This document shows positions 49,963-62,449 of a DNA stretch of 64,000 nucleotides, one piece after another. The position numbers were made by a program, and so were the translations under genes. The stretch's first letter is position 1; each line of letters starts with the position of its first letter. Source of the stretch: Marsupella aquatica (taxonomy: Eukaryota > Plantae > Marchantiophyta); assembly GCA_973895155.1 (NCBI GenBank), contig OZ316895.1:18175880-18239879 (forward strand). Reading direction: 5' to 3'. Below the pieces are notes generated by a model. It was not told the DNA's origin. It saw nothing but the letters and a program-made list of their open reading frames with translations, and searched no databases.

Positions 49963-52900
49963 TGTGACGCCGCCGGTACGGCAAGTAATGAGTAATTCGG
50001 TCTAAACCGTGCCTAGCACGCGCGTTAGGGGTATCTTAGGCCGCTATGATTAGCATAATGACAGTATTTAGGTAGCCATTATGAATAGGAAATCATTAGT
50101 CAATAAGGAGAATTCATGTTCGGGCTGGCGGCGCGTCGCCATTCGCACGCCCGGGTTACGAGCGTGGAGGGGCCCCTCCCTCGGGTCCGTATAACAAACT
50201 TCGGGAGGCGTCCACTGACACGCGGTGACTCAGACCGGTGGAGTGGCCGGTACACTACAAGCGTGAACGGTTCAGCCTATAGGCAACGAGGAGATGTCGG
50301 GGGATCGACAAGCCCTCAAGGTATAAAAAGGGAGCCGACCCTTTGGAGTGCACCAGTCCATCAGTCCACGCGCCAGCTTCGACCCCAGCTCTCTCGTTCG
50401 CTCTAAGTCGCCACTACTATCTCCTCTGAATGTCGCATACGATCCTCTCCAGTTTGGCCATTCGATTCTGGATGCAGTTCCTATCTACCGGAAGACACTT
50501 GGCCGACTCATTGAAACACGCCAACCCGCGCCGATACGAAATCGAACGCGAATACGAGAGAGCCATCCGCCTAGCAGGACGACACCACTACATCCTTAAC
50601 TTTGACTACCCATCTCAGAGCGAGCTTTATCGACCAGCAGAGGTATTTGGGTACTTCTTCAACGGAGACAAATATATCGGTTTCTGGGAAACATTGCTTC
50701 GGCTTCCGGATGAGGTCTTCAATATCCCGGATATGATCGACTTGCAACGACATCACTTCGACCACATCCCTGCTCAGGTTCGGTCTATCATCAACAGTGA
50801 GTCCAGCACTACCCGTTCGACAAGGTCGTCTGCACTTGCTTCGGAGAACTTCTACCAGCACCTGCAGAGCTTCATGGAAACTAGACCCGCAACCACCGGC
50901 GCCGACCCAGTCGACCCCATACCCGTACCCGCACCAACGTAGACTCAGGCTCAGGCTCAGCTTCAGTCTTAGTCTCAGCCTAGCCAACCCCCACCGTCGA
51001 TCGCCCCGCCAGCAGTACAAGTACGCTACGTTATCAACGCTGTGGACCTTAGCGACGATGACGAGGCTACCCCACCCTTGCTCAGGCGGCCCAGAGGAGC
51101 AAACACTCAGGGGGCCGACACTACATCATCCCCTCCCCATGCTCGGACCAAGGAGCGGCTCCAGCAGATAACACAGTGACCGTGGCCGCCCCGGGACCAA
51201 TACTAACGGCGGTAGCACTACCTATGCCCGATCGAGAGGATGGGGAGGTGTCACCCTCCCCGAGCCAGTCACGAGGGAAGAAGAGGAAGGAACCCACCAC
51301 TGCATCCGGGTTACCCTTGGCCACGGTAGTCGTGGCCAAGGTGACAATGCACCGCATGGGGGAAAACGTGCATAAGAACATCCTCCATCCCAAGCATGCA
51401 GTGTACCTGAAGACTCAGGGATTCGAGCACCTCGCCTCTCTCCCCTGGAACACTTGCAGGTACTACGGGGAGGACATGATAGAATTTGTCAAGAATTATG
51501 ATGACGCACGTCAATATACTCGGCTGCGGGGAAGGAATATGTCCCTCACGGAAGAACGGCTCAAGATGATCTTCGGATTACCCGAAGGTGACCATCGAGT
51601 CGAATCACGGGCTCTCGGGGGCAAGGGAGCCAAGTACCAATCCTCGAGTTTTCCCTCAGAGGGAGCAGTGGACAACGGGTTTGTGATGAGGACCTGCCTC
51701 ATCCCCGAGATAGCTGAGCGACTGGAGTTCCAAAGTACGCCCTCCACATGATGGAACCCCGGGGGGAGATCTCCGCCGCCCAGGTTATCCAGGTCGAGAA
51801 CTATCGACCTAGGAAGTGGGCGTCGTACTTCGCTAAGAAATTCCATGAAGAGATAGAGCGGCGAAGGAACACGCTGTACATTGGCAGGAAGGCGTACTTC
51901 GCTAGCCACATCAAGATCATTCTTGATTGGTACGCTCAGTTTGATCGACAAACCCTTCCTAGTGTCAACGTTACAAAGCTGGTCCCTCCTAGGTGGGTTT
52001 TCCCGGCCTTGGAGAGACGGCCCCAACCCGAGGCCCGAAGTCCAGCGGAAACGCAAACTTCACCCACCCCACCCCCACAAGTAGCTGTAGTCGTAACCGA
52101 GGAGGTACCGGATGGGTCGGTTATTGCAACCATAGATGCGATCCAACAGGCCGGGCTAAGTACAAAAGTCGGTACAACGGAGGTCTTACTCGAGCCCGGG
52201 TCTCCCAAAGACCCACCGGTGGCTATTCCGGAGAACCAGACATTGCTGCAGGAGGACACTCCAGCCCCTTCCAACATTACGTCCCCACGGCTGGATGTCA
52301 CTGCCCCGGCCCCCGCGCGTGTTGACGTCTGCCCTGCCCAACTCCGGACAGACACAACCTGGACCACCTGGAACTCTTCGTACCGGGTACATTTCTAAAC
52401 GGGCTTCTGGGAGATTTCTCTCATCAAATTGCTCGGGATATCGGGGAGTTCATGGCCTGGAAGGTAGCCTGTTTCTTCAATCAGGAGTTAGTTGCCGCAG
52501 TAAAGGCAGGTCGGGCCCAGTCGGAGGCCCTTCAGAGGATAGAGCGGTACCGGGTGGAGTCCGTATACTTAAAGAACGAAGTTGCGGCTCAAGAGGCTGA
52601 GTTTTTGCAACTACGATCCAAAGTTGTAGCCACCGATGATTTGTTAGCAAAGGCGCACGCCCTTACCGCCCTAGCCGAGCAGGCCAAAGCTGGGAATGAG
52701 GCCGAGATTGCACGACTCCGGAACCAGATTGACAGTTTGAAGAATCAAACTGTCATCTGGCACAAGGACCTGGAGGAGGCCGAAGAATGGGCCCAGCGGG
52801 ACACTACGGAGATAGCCACGCTACAGGCCAAAGTGGCACGGCTCCAAACTGAAGCCGAGAAGCAGGACCAGCTGGCGGGCAAGCTGACGAGCGACGCCCA

Positions 52901-53967
52901 TCAGCTGGAGGAGGCATGCCAGGAGGCAGCGGAGGAGACAGACGCGGCGAAGCGAGAGAATGAATCTCTGCTGGACTAGGTCCAGCTCCTCAAGGCGGAC
53001 AACGACAGACTTCGTAAGCAGCGGGATGGCCGCTCCCACTCGGGTGGCTTTGGCAAACGTGCCAGGCATTAGCGGCGGAGTAGGAATAGAATAGGGTTAG
53101 GAGTAGCTAAGTTAGGCTATTGGGACAGGCACCTGCCTTAGTTACAGCAGCACTACCATGTTGTCTAGCCTGCGTAGATTAGGATCTTCTAATAAGACAC
53201 AGCCGTTTTTTGGCCTGACAATCAGATTAGTTAGGACCTAAGTCAGCAAATCTTCGGGCGGGAGGACACTCCGTTCCTCAGCCCTTAGTATTTAGCGCAC
53301 CCCTCGATAGAGGCAGGGGGTTTTAGTCTCAGAGTTGGACATCCGTGGTATGTGCGGGGAGTCTCGACCTTTGGGAGTGAAAGAGTACCAAGGGGAGGGG
53401 GTAGGACTAAGCTCGTCGGGTGAGTGCGGAGCCGGGCTCCGTTGTAGTATACTCTCTCGGCCTTGAACCTATTCATTCCGGAGCTATCGGGTCAACCAAG
53501 TGTACGCACATGTCCCCTATGTAGTAAAATCCTTTCCCATTATTTCCTTCGTGTAAATCAAGATTGTATGCTTGTGCGCGTGTATGTGTGTGTGAATCTC
53601 GTGTATAGGTGACAACGCCGGGCCGAACGCACTACCCGAGTCGTGCACGGGGTGCAGCTTGCAGGTATGTGGTTGCGAGCACGGGTTGAGGACCTGTATC
53701 ATAGAATCCGGATCAAAGGCGGACAACACGAAGGCTTAGAAGTCCTTAAGCCGGGGTCGATCCTGTTATCGACTAAGGTATGTTCCGGCGGCGGAACACA
53801 AACCATACCTAGGAGATGTCCGTATCTAATAGTAGGCGCACTTAGCGCTAGTTTACGTGAATTAGGTGCATTACGCTCTTCCCTCCCTGCCCGAACCCTC
53901 ATATTTACGAAAGAGGTGCCCGTTTAAAGTTGAAGCCCGAGTTAAGGCCAAGGCTGATGACGTGACA
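49963..53967 (+). mobile_element. 4005-bp solo-LTR-like insertion carrying an internal degenerate gene
   Basis: TGTGACG...CGTGACA termini. TSD CATGC at 49958-49962 and 53968-53972. TATA-like GTATAAAAAG at 50321. No internal direct terminal repeats seen. Confidence 0.85.
50430..53071 (+). pseudogene. element-borne gene: globular plant-transposon-type domain plus long coiled coil
   Basis: Collinear ORFs 50430-50942, 51176-51751, 51748-52398 and 52452-52979 are broken by stops and frameshifts. Homologous to 60435-61055. Confidence 0.65.
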
Positions 53968-56178
53968 CATGCTCTATTCACATACCAACATGCACACACC
54001 TTATTAGGATTCATCACAGCAGCAATACATGAACAAGAACAAACTGAATTTTCATGAATGGTTTAGGTGTCATGCCGAGGGACAGTGCCTCTTGTGCACA
54101 TCGACATGTCCCTCGCATGCCCGCTAGGTATGTAGTTAGGGCTAGTGTACTACTTGAGTTAGTGTCATGTTCTTGTAGCAAGTCTGGGCCTTTCTTGAAG
54201 CAAAACGTGCTTGTTAGTGTGACGCCTTGACTTGATCTACTTAGGGTGTGTTTCTCTTTGTCGGTTTTCAATTCTTCTTGAATCGCTATTGACAGAGCTC
54301 AGACAGTGCTCGTCAATTCCGTACACGGGATTCACAGTGATTCGTTAAATGCTCCTGGCCGATCTTGGCATCCCGCCGGTTTTTGATTCAATTTCAGTAC
54401 AATTGTTTCTCTTACGCCTTTTATTCAAGAAGAACTGTTGAGATAGCGGTGAAGGGAAGAAGATTGCTTGTGACGATTTTGACAATTTTTGGTGAAGCCA
54501 TTGCAATTTCTTCAACGAACATCGGAGCGATGGACTGAAAGTTATGAGTTTATGTTGTTATGTGTATACTTAAGTGTATACACATATCAATGCTCTCGAC
54601 GGGGTCCGGAGTTCCCTTTCCGGTTGCATCCACAATGCCTTTGCTGCTTCCGATTGTCACTGCCAACCTGCTACCACGAATTGCTTCCGGCTGCTGCACA
54701 AGGCATTGCGTCTTCACTTGCATTTTTGGCGACCTTTTGGGAGTTCGGGGCCCCCTTTTTCGTAGGTTTTTATGGCCATTTCCCGGCCACGGCTGCCGCG
54801 CGACTACCTTCGGACTGCCTTGGCCACCGACTACTTCTCGGCTGCATAGGGCCGTGCGCCAGTTTTTCTTTCGGCCCTTTCTTACTCCCTTTTCACCTCC
54901 GTCGCCTCGCCATTCCTTCCGCTTTGGTGTGCAGGCTGTGCATAGGGCATCGTGCCCTTGCCTTGCCCATTTCCTTTCTTCTTTTTCCCTCCGGTTTCAG
55001 CGTTAAAGCAGGGAAGGGGGAATTCAATTAGACTCCCTCTCTTGGGAGTAGGTTCACCCGTGGCCAGGCAGGAGCGCAAGGAGAGGGCACGAGGCCCTAT
55101 GAAGCATTAATTAAAGGGGGAGGGGTAGGGAGTACATACGACCCCTTTCCCTCAGGAGTCCTCCTGCAGGGCACGAAGCCCATCCAACAGCATTAAGGTG
55201 GGGAGGGGGAAGCTAAAGGAGGGCACAAGGCCCTATGAAGAAGTAAAGAGGGAGGGGGAGTTAACGTCGACCCCCTTTGGGAGTCTTTCTGCAGGGCACG
55301 GAGCCCACTGTTAGCATTAAAGAAGGGGGAGTACATACGACTCCCTTCTTGGGAGTCCTCCTGCCAGGCACGAGGCCCAAATTACAAGGCATTTACAAGG
55401 AGGGGAGTTTGGGAGCTCATGAGGAGGGTGTATGGCACGAAGCCCTATGCAAGGCTCGAGCAATTGAGGCCCATTTTTCTTTCCCCTCGCCTCCCTTTTG
55501 AGTTGTTTCTTCCGTTTCTTTCTCGCCTTTCTTGCCATCGATGACCTGCATAGGACACCGTGCCCCGATACCATGTCCCCACTTGGCCCGGTTTTCATTT
55601 CCTACCGACGCGCACCCTTGCTGCCAGTTTTTGGGACCACATTGGGGCCGACGTATACACTTTAAAGGGGCCCGATGTATACACTTAAGGGGGCCCCTAT
55701 TCACGTTTTCAAGGGCCCATTCTTCCCAGATTTCTTTATTGCCACCACATGTCATCTACATAGACTTTGACAGTTTCTTGGCGCTTACACATTCTACACA
55801 TTTCTGCCTCGCAATTGTTTGTTTCCCTTGTGGGTTTCATTTCCTAGCCTTGGGTTGCCACTCCTTTTTCTTGTCAGTTTCTTTCCCATCGGCACCCCAG
55901 GTGAGCATGTAGCATGTTAGCAGAGGAGCCAAGTCGTAGCAGCTCATCACCATCGACACCCTGGTACCACTTGCAGAGTGATCCACGACCGTTGGTGCCA
56001 ATTTCATTGGAGTCTCGGCAATTTTGACGACATCAGTAGATAGCAGCAACACCCACACCACGCAATCCTTTTGCAACATTTGGTGGTCGCTTCACCTCTA
56101 CCCCAAAGCCTGCTATCGCTTCTTTACCCTTTACTCCATCTCCATCAGTGGTTGTCCCTGCTTCATCCAACATATAGC

Positions 56179-58825
56179 ATGGATGCCAGCCACTCATCTG
56201 GCCGCATTGAGCGTTTCAGCGGGCGGCCAGGCACTGTTTCTTTGCGTGAGTTCAAATCCACTTTCTACACTGTCGTTTACAAATTGGAGTTGAAGTACGA
56301 CAATTTCACAAATGCATTTGCATTTAAGCAGCTAGCCAGGTATGTGCACCATGAGGCTTTGGATGTGTATGAGCAACATTCTCAACAACTGCTTGCTGTC
56401 ACCCAATTGCCTAACCCTGCCTATGCCAGTGCAATTGCGGCAGCCTCACAATTGGCCTTACAGAATGCCATTGTTGCCCATGTTGTTGCTCCTGCCACTT
56501 CCCCTCCTACTCTAGTTCCTACCACTGCGCCAGTTACTCCCACTGTCTTGGCACAGGCTACATTAGGCATTTCTCCCACCATTGATTCTCCTGCCTTTGC
56601 TGATCCAGTGGCTGAGTTTTTCCAGGTTCTTGAATTGGATATCCCAATCAAGAGTGCTGACAAAATCATGCAGTTGGCCACCTTTGTGAGGCAGAGCGAT
56701 GAAATATTGAAGATGATATATTGCCGACTTCTCAAGCTGAAGGAGGACACCCAGAGCATCACTGACCTGGAAGCTGCTCATCGCTATCTTCGCGCATTGG
56801 AGGGCACACCAGCTCTCCATTCCCAAGTGTTGCAACAAGTATTCTCAGAGTTTGGAGACAGCACCCTGCTCAATGTCTATGACACTGCTGAGAAACTTGA
56901 GTTGGCCCATGCACATTATGAGGCCAGTATTGCGCATCCACCGTGATCCAGGTACCAGGCTGTTGCCCCTACACTGGCCACCCCTTCCCGTGTGCCACAG
57001 TATGGTTCCAAGACCAAGCCAGCCCATGTTGCTTTTATGCTGCCATCTTGCAACTACTGTGGTAACCCCAATCAAAAGGCTAATGAATGTGATATTGTTG
57101 TTGAGGACCTGTCTTGTGATTTTTGCGAGAAAGTGGGTCACTTGGAGGCAGTTTGTTTTGCCAAATTCCCAGAGAGGAAGCAACTACGACAACAGGCCCC
57201 TCATCCTGCTCCTGTTTCCACTCCCCCACCAGCTAGGAGGGCTTCTATTGCCTCAGTTGCTCCTCCTTCCAGTGGCAAAGCACCCGGTGCCAACAAATTG
57301 CCCAAGCAGCAACAGAAGCAACCAGCTCAGAAGGAGGCTCACAACGCACAGGCAACTCAACTCCAGTCTCTAACTCATGAGGTTGAGTCCCTACGTGCCC
57401 AACTTGCCAACATCAAAGGCAAGTCAACTGCCTCTGCTAGTCCTTCTCAACCGGCTGGTCACGTGCAACCCATCCCTGGCCCAGGCACCACTGATAGTTC
57501 AACACCTCTACCCCGCTCTTTCTATGGCTTGCCATTTGATGCTCATATGGGTGAGTGTGTGTTGTCCACTACTACACAGTCTGGCCTTACAGCAGAATTT
57601 TCAGATTCATTCTGCCCATCCTATTTTGCTTACCAACAAGCCAGTGCTACCTCCCGTACTGCTCCCACACGCCGCATTGTACAGGTTGATGGTCTTGCTA
57701 CTGGTCCTATGACTAGAGCTAGGGGAGCTTGGGCTGTCATGCCCCAATCTTTTCAACCCCTCACGCTTGCTGAAGAGCGCACCTTGTTGGCGAGGGGGGA
57801 GGGAGTTGCAGCTACATCCATTCCACCACCAGGTGCTACTGACATTTCACAGGGAGTTGTTTCTCCTGAGCTGCTTGAGCATTTCACCTCCGGTATGGCA
57901 CAAAGGATTCTTACAACTCCACTTTTCAGTTGCCACAATTTACAGTTGGATGCTAGAGCTATCATGAGAGTGCTAGAGGGCTCACTGCATTCTTCATCAG
58001 CCCCTATGCCACCGGTTTTGGAGGTCTAATCTCATGTACATGCTGGACTTTCTTCTTCTCCATTACATGCTTCCACTGGTTTGGCTATCCCAATACCAAT
58101 TTCCAGTGGTAGAGATGACAGTATTGCTGCAGATTGTGTGACCAGAGCTACACTTGATTCTGGTCATGCTGCTCCATCTTTCCTGGCTATGTTGTTGAGT
58201 GGGAAGACCGTGGACACTAACTCCCTTCACAAGGTACCTCATCATTTGCCAAAAGTGGTGCCTAGTGACAGGACTTTAGTTTCCACCACCATTGCCATTG
58301 TTGACAACAGGAATTCAGCAGTCAAGTTGGAGGGTCATACTCCTCAGGTGGTCATGCTAGACAGAGGTGCTCAACCAGTGATATTGGGCATTCAGTTTGC
58401 CAAGAAGATGGGATTGTTGACTGATCATTTACAGCAATCCAAGTGGCACATTTGGACTGCTAGTGGCACTATGGAGGATGTGTTGGGTGAGAGTTCTACT
58501 TTACTCACTCTCACTTTTAATGGAGGTACAGATCAGAAACTGCATTTCCCAGTCAGATGTTTGGTTACCAATGCCACTACGTATGATGTGCTCATTGGCC
58601 AGAAGACTTTGTTCCCACCAGGTTTTACCATTGACAACTGGCATGAGCATGCATACTATAGAGTTTATTGGCATACGTATGACTCACACTTGGGCTACAT
58701 TCCACTTGATTTGCATGGTGCCCATACACCTATGGCTCACCACTGTGTGTTGAACGTAGTGCACACAGCTACCTATGTCAACCACCCATTGCAGGATTGG
58801 ATTGAGGAGGATGATGATGAGGTGG
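56179..58825 (+). pseudogene. LTR retrotransposon (Ty3/gypsy-like) gag-protease, truncated by a nested insertion
   Basis: One frame with stops at 56944 and 58027. Gag-like IERFSG..SLREFK. Zinc knuckles CNYCGNPNQKANEC and CDFCEKVGHLEAVC. Protease VMLDRGAQPVILG..YDVLIG. Confidence 0.85.
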
Positions 58826-59837
58826 TGTGATGCCTAGCCAGGAATCACTAGGCCAGTTTAAATGATAAAATAAGGAGTAAACCCTGGAAACACATTAGTA
58901 TAGTAGCAAAAATATAGAAAATATAAATAATTAAGGGTGGCTATGGAACCCGAGTTGAGGCCGGAAGTAAAAACACCGGGGGAGGGAACACGATTAGGGT
59001 TAGGGCGCGCTAAGTGCCGGCGGCTATAGGTAACTAACAGGAAGGAAGACCAGTTAGGGAGGGGTAAGGATCGATCGCAAGGAATGGCGGCTCATTTGCA
59101 AGCACGAACTAAGCAGACGACTACGGGAGGCCAACTACTGTCCGCTGCTCAGGCAAGCACTCGGGGTGGAAGCAGATACCGACAATCAACTCAAGAAGGG
59201 TATGAGCAACGTCAATCAAGCTGCTCATTTTTGGGGATGCCTATTAGAACGGGCAACTGAGTACATTGGGACCTACGAGGACAAAGAATCGGAGAGAGCC
59301 ACTCGAGAACGGGAGGAGCTCGCTCGACTGTGGGAGCTACAGAAGTCTGCCTTCTTAGGAGGAGAACTCATTACGGCTGAATTCTTGTGGACACCTACTG
59401 CCGACGAACTCGACAATCTTCTGTTTTGTGAGAACAGAATAGTCGGCATCCGAGAGGCCATCAACCATTGCAACGACATACACTAGGAGTTTAAGGGTAG
59501 CACGGAGGGGTGGACAAAGGCAACCATGCTGGGAGAAACATCCACGGCAGCCGCTATGAAGAGGAAAGGGAACATCAATGAAGAGACCACCCCTGCAAAG
59601 AGAACAAGGTCGGCGGCACCAAGGAAGCCAGCAGAGCAAGGGAGCAGGAGGTAGGAAGAAGCCGAAGAAGAGGAGGTCGACCTCATCAATGTCGTTCCAG
59701 CAAGGGATGACACCTGGAAAGGCTGGGCGGCGACCCTCCCTGAGGAAGTGCAATTACACTTTGTACGCAAAGAGGATGCATGCTTTACGCCTATGCAGAC
59801 TCGGAAGTACCAGGGCTTCATGGCCGGATCCGGCTTG

Positions 59838-60409
59838 CACAAACTTTGGCATGAACCTAGCCCACGGCAGCAATACTACATGAGAGATGTGAACCCCATG
59901 AAGAAATATCGAGAACAAGAATACTTATCTAGCACTATCTCAGTACAACTTAGACAACTTATTGCTCAGTATAGACTAAGCTCACACCACCTTGAAGTAG
60001 AACAAGGGAGATGGAAGGATATTGACAGGAAAAAGAGGGTTTGTCAACTATGTGATAGCTCTAGTATAGAAAATGAATATCATGTATTCATTGCTTGCAA
60101 GTTTTATGAGGGGGTTAGGATGGCATCTCAAATCTTGGTGAAAGATTTGTATGCATTGTTTGGTCTGCCCCCTCAGCAACTTGGAAGATATATCTTTGCG
60201 GTGGATAGGGAAAGGAGAATAGGTTTGGAAAATCTTTCAGGGCTCTCTAGGTCCATAGTTTCTTTGAGGACATAGTTGTCCTCTTCTGAGCAATCTCTTT
60301 TGGTTGCTCTTTTCTTTGATTGCATTGTACTTTACTTTTTGTGGCAACTCCTTTGACTTTCATGGTCCCGGAGCTTATAATACATTACCATTACCATTAC
60401 CATTACCAT
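59838..60409 (+). mobile_element. 3' fragment of a non-L1 LINE (RTE/RTEX- or CR1-like) with a (CATTAC)n tail
   Basis: IAQYRLSSHHLEVEQGRW..RVCQLC..IENEYHVFIAC, stop at 60275, short UTR and tandem CATTAC tail at ~60382-60409. The 5' boundary is approximate. Confidence 0.8.
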
Positions 60410-62153
60410 AAAGTTACCATGGCTGAAGCCGAAGGTGTCGGATTCATACTTATTAGAATTCGTGGGATCTTGGGAGCCCGAGACCAATTCCACAAGGGTG
60501 TATGGGAAAGAATTCTATCTCACTCCCCGAGTGATTGCCGAAGTGTTTGGCTTGCCAACGGGCAATAAGACCAAAGTAGATACCCGGAAGACCTTGCCAG
60601 ACAAGGAATTCCGATCATTCCCAGGGCCATCAACGAAGAATGGCTTCTTTTGGAACACTTGCACCAACCCGCACATAGGAGAGATAATCGATTTCTTGCG
60701 GGTAACCATGCATTGCAACTTGCCGAGGCCAGAGATCGGCAAGGCACAGGTTTACCTGGCGGAGAGGCCAGACCGCAGCCGGGACTACAACGGATACCTC
60801 CTCACCCAATTGAAGAAAATCTTGAAGGAGGAACAACAGGTGATTGGCAAGGGAAACGTGTCCCGGCTTGGCTATCATATGCCGCTGTTGTGCCGGTATG
60901 CCCGAAGTCAGATATTCGCCCCAGTACTTCCCCTGCAGGCAAGAGCACTAGAGGAGGTTTCGGAACCGAGGCCGGCAATAGAGAAACCAACCCAGCCCAA
61001 CAGTCCTACAATCGAACAGGTGTTTAGGCCGAGGAAGGAGGACTTGCCGATGTAGCAACCAGGCATGCAGAATCTGCTGAAATTGCTGGAGAAGGAAAGG
61101 AGGACGGCAATGGCAACGGGACCGGTACGGAATACTGCTCCCAAAGTTGGCCTAAGCCACCTTACCAGGGAAAACCCCTTTACCAGGATCAAGGAGAGAA
61201 GGAGGCCGGAACACGAGTTGGGAGTCCGAATGTATGTAGGAGCCTCAAGTCCCGAAGCCGAGGAAAAGCAGCCCAAAGCTCCTGGTCGCGATAGGGAGAA
61301 GAAGAGATCAACGTGGAAGCCAAAGGAACCAGGACCCGTGATCTGTGAGGCCGTGTTCACGGCATAACCAGGAGAGCAGCAGGGGGAGCCGGTAGTCCAA
61401 ACTGCAGAGGAGGCGGTAGAAGGCTACGAACATGATGACTCTGGCTATGGGTCAGACCATCATGTTCCAGGAGTAAGGACCTATGGCAGGTTCATCCCCA
61501 CTCTTCCAAGAGTAGTTTGAGGGGACCCCACCCAACAGAGCAGCCCCGAGTCTCCCCCACCAGATGTCGCTCCCCTGAGCTTTGACGGCATAAAACAGAT
61601 GGCACAAGAGTTTCAGGAGCGACTCAGGGAGGAAGAGAAGGCAGCCCTGGCTAGGGAGAAAGATTTACCAGGGGGAGAATGGCCAGAGCACATCAGGCGG
61701 CTTGCAGAAAAACAAAGCAGTCCTCCAGCCACGATAGAAGAAATCCGCAAGGCGGCTTGGGAACAAACGCTGCAATGGTTGATGCTGATGACTTCTACTC
61801 ACTCTGCCTATGCTAAAGAAAGAGCCATGGAGTACGGGGAGATGTGTGGGGAACTTGCACTCAGCATCTTTGGGGAGGAGTTGGAGCAGGGACCCTTTTT
61901 CCAGAGGGAGATGTTGGAGAAGCGTCGATTAGAAGAAGCGATGGCTTTGGAGAGAAGCAAGAAGGACAAGGTCATCCGTCGGCTTAGGGCAAGGGAAGCC
62001 GAGGTAGAAGACCTGAATGCGGCCAAGAAAGCCCAAAATGAGCTGCGGATTAAGCGGCATGAGCTAAACATCATGCAGGGGCAATTGGATACCGCGCAGT
62101 CTGATAATCAAATTATCAAGGATAAACTGACTCGGACCCAAGGAGAGTTGGCC

Positions 62154-62449
62154 CTCGGGGGTTTCACTTCCACAAAAATGGCATATCGCGTGCGACGAAT
62201 GATAGGGTCATTTTCTTGGTTCTAAGGGAAGACTTAAGAATTTTTGTAGAAGAACAATAGGACCTTTTAAATTCAATTTTGAGACTTATAAGAACGTTAG
62301 GGTCTTTTTAATCCAATTTTTAGAATATTCCAAGAATATTCCAACTTTATAGGGGTTAAAAAATTTTAAAAAATCTTACATTTTAGGGGGTCCGAGGCCT
62401 AAAAACGTCGCAGGCGATGGGGAGGTCCCCATATAGTGAGACCCCCGAG
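62154..62449. mobile_element. 296-bp MITE with 15-bp TIRs and an 8-bp TSD (hAT-like by TSD length)
   Basis: CTCGGGGGTTTCACT...AGTGAGACCCCCGAG. TSD AGTTGGCC / AGTTGGCT. AT-rich interior. Removal restores the frame QGELA|DAIKEKEK. Confidence 0.88.
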
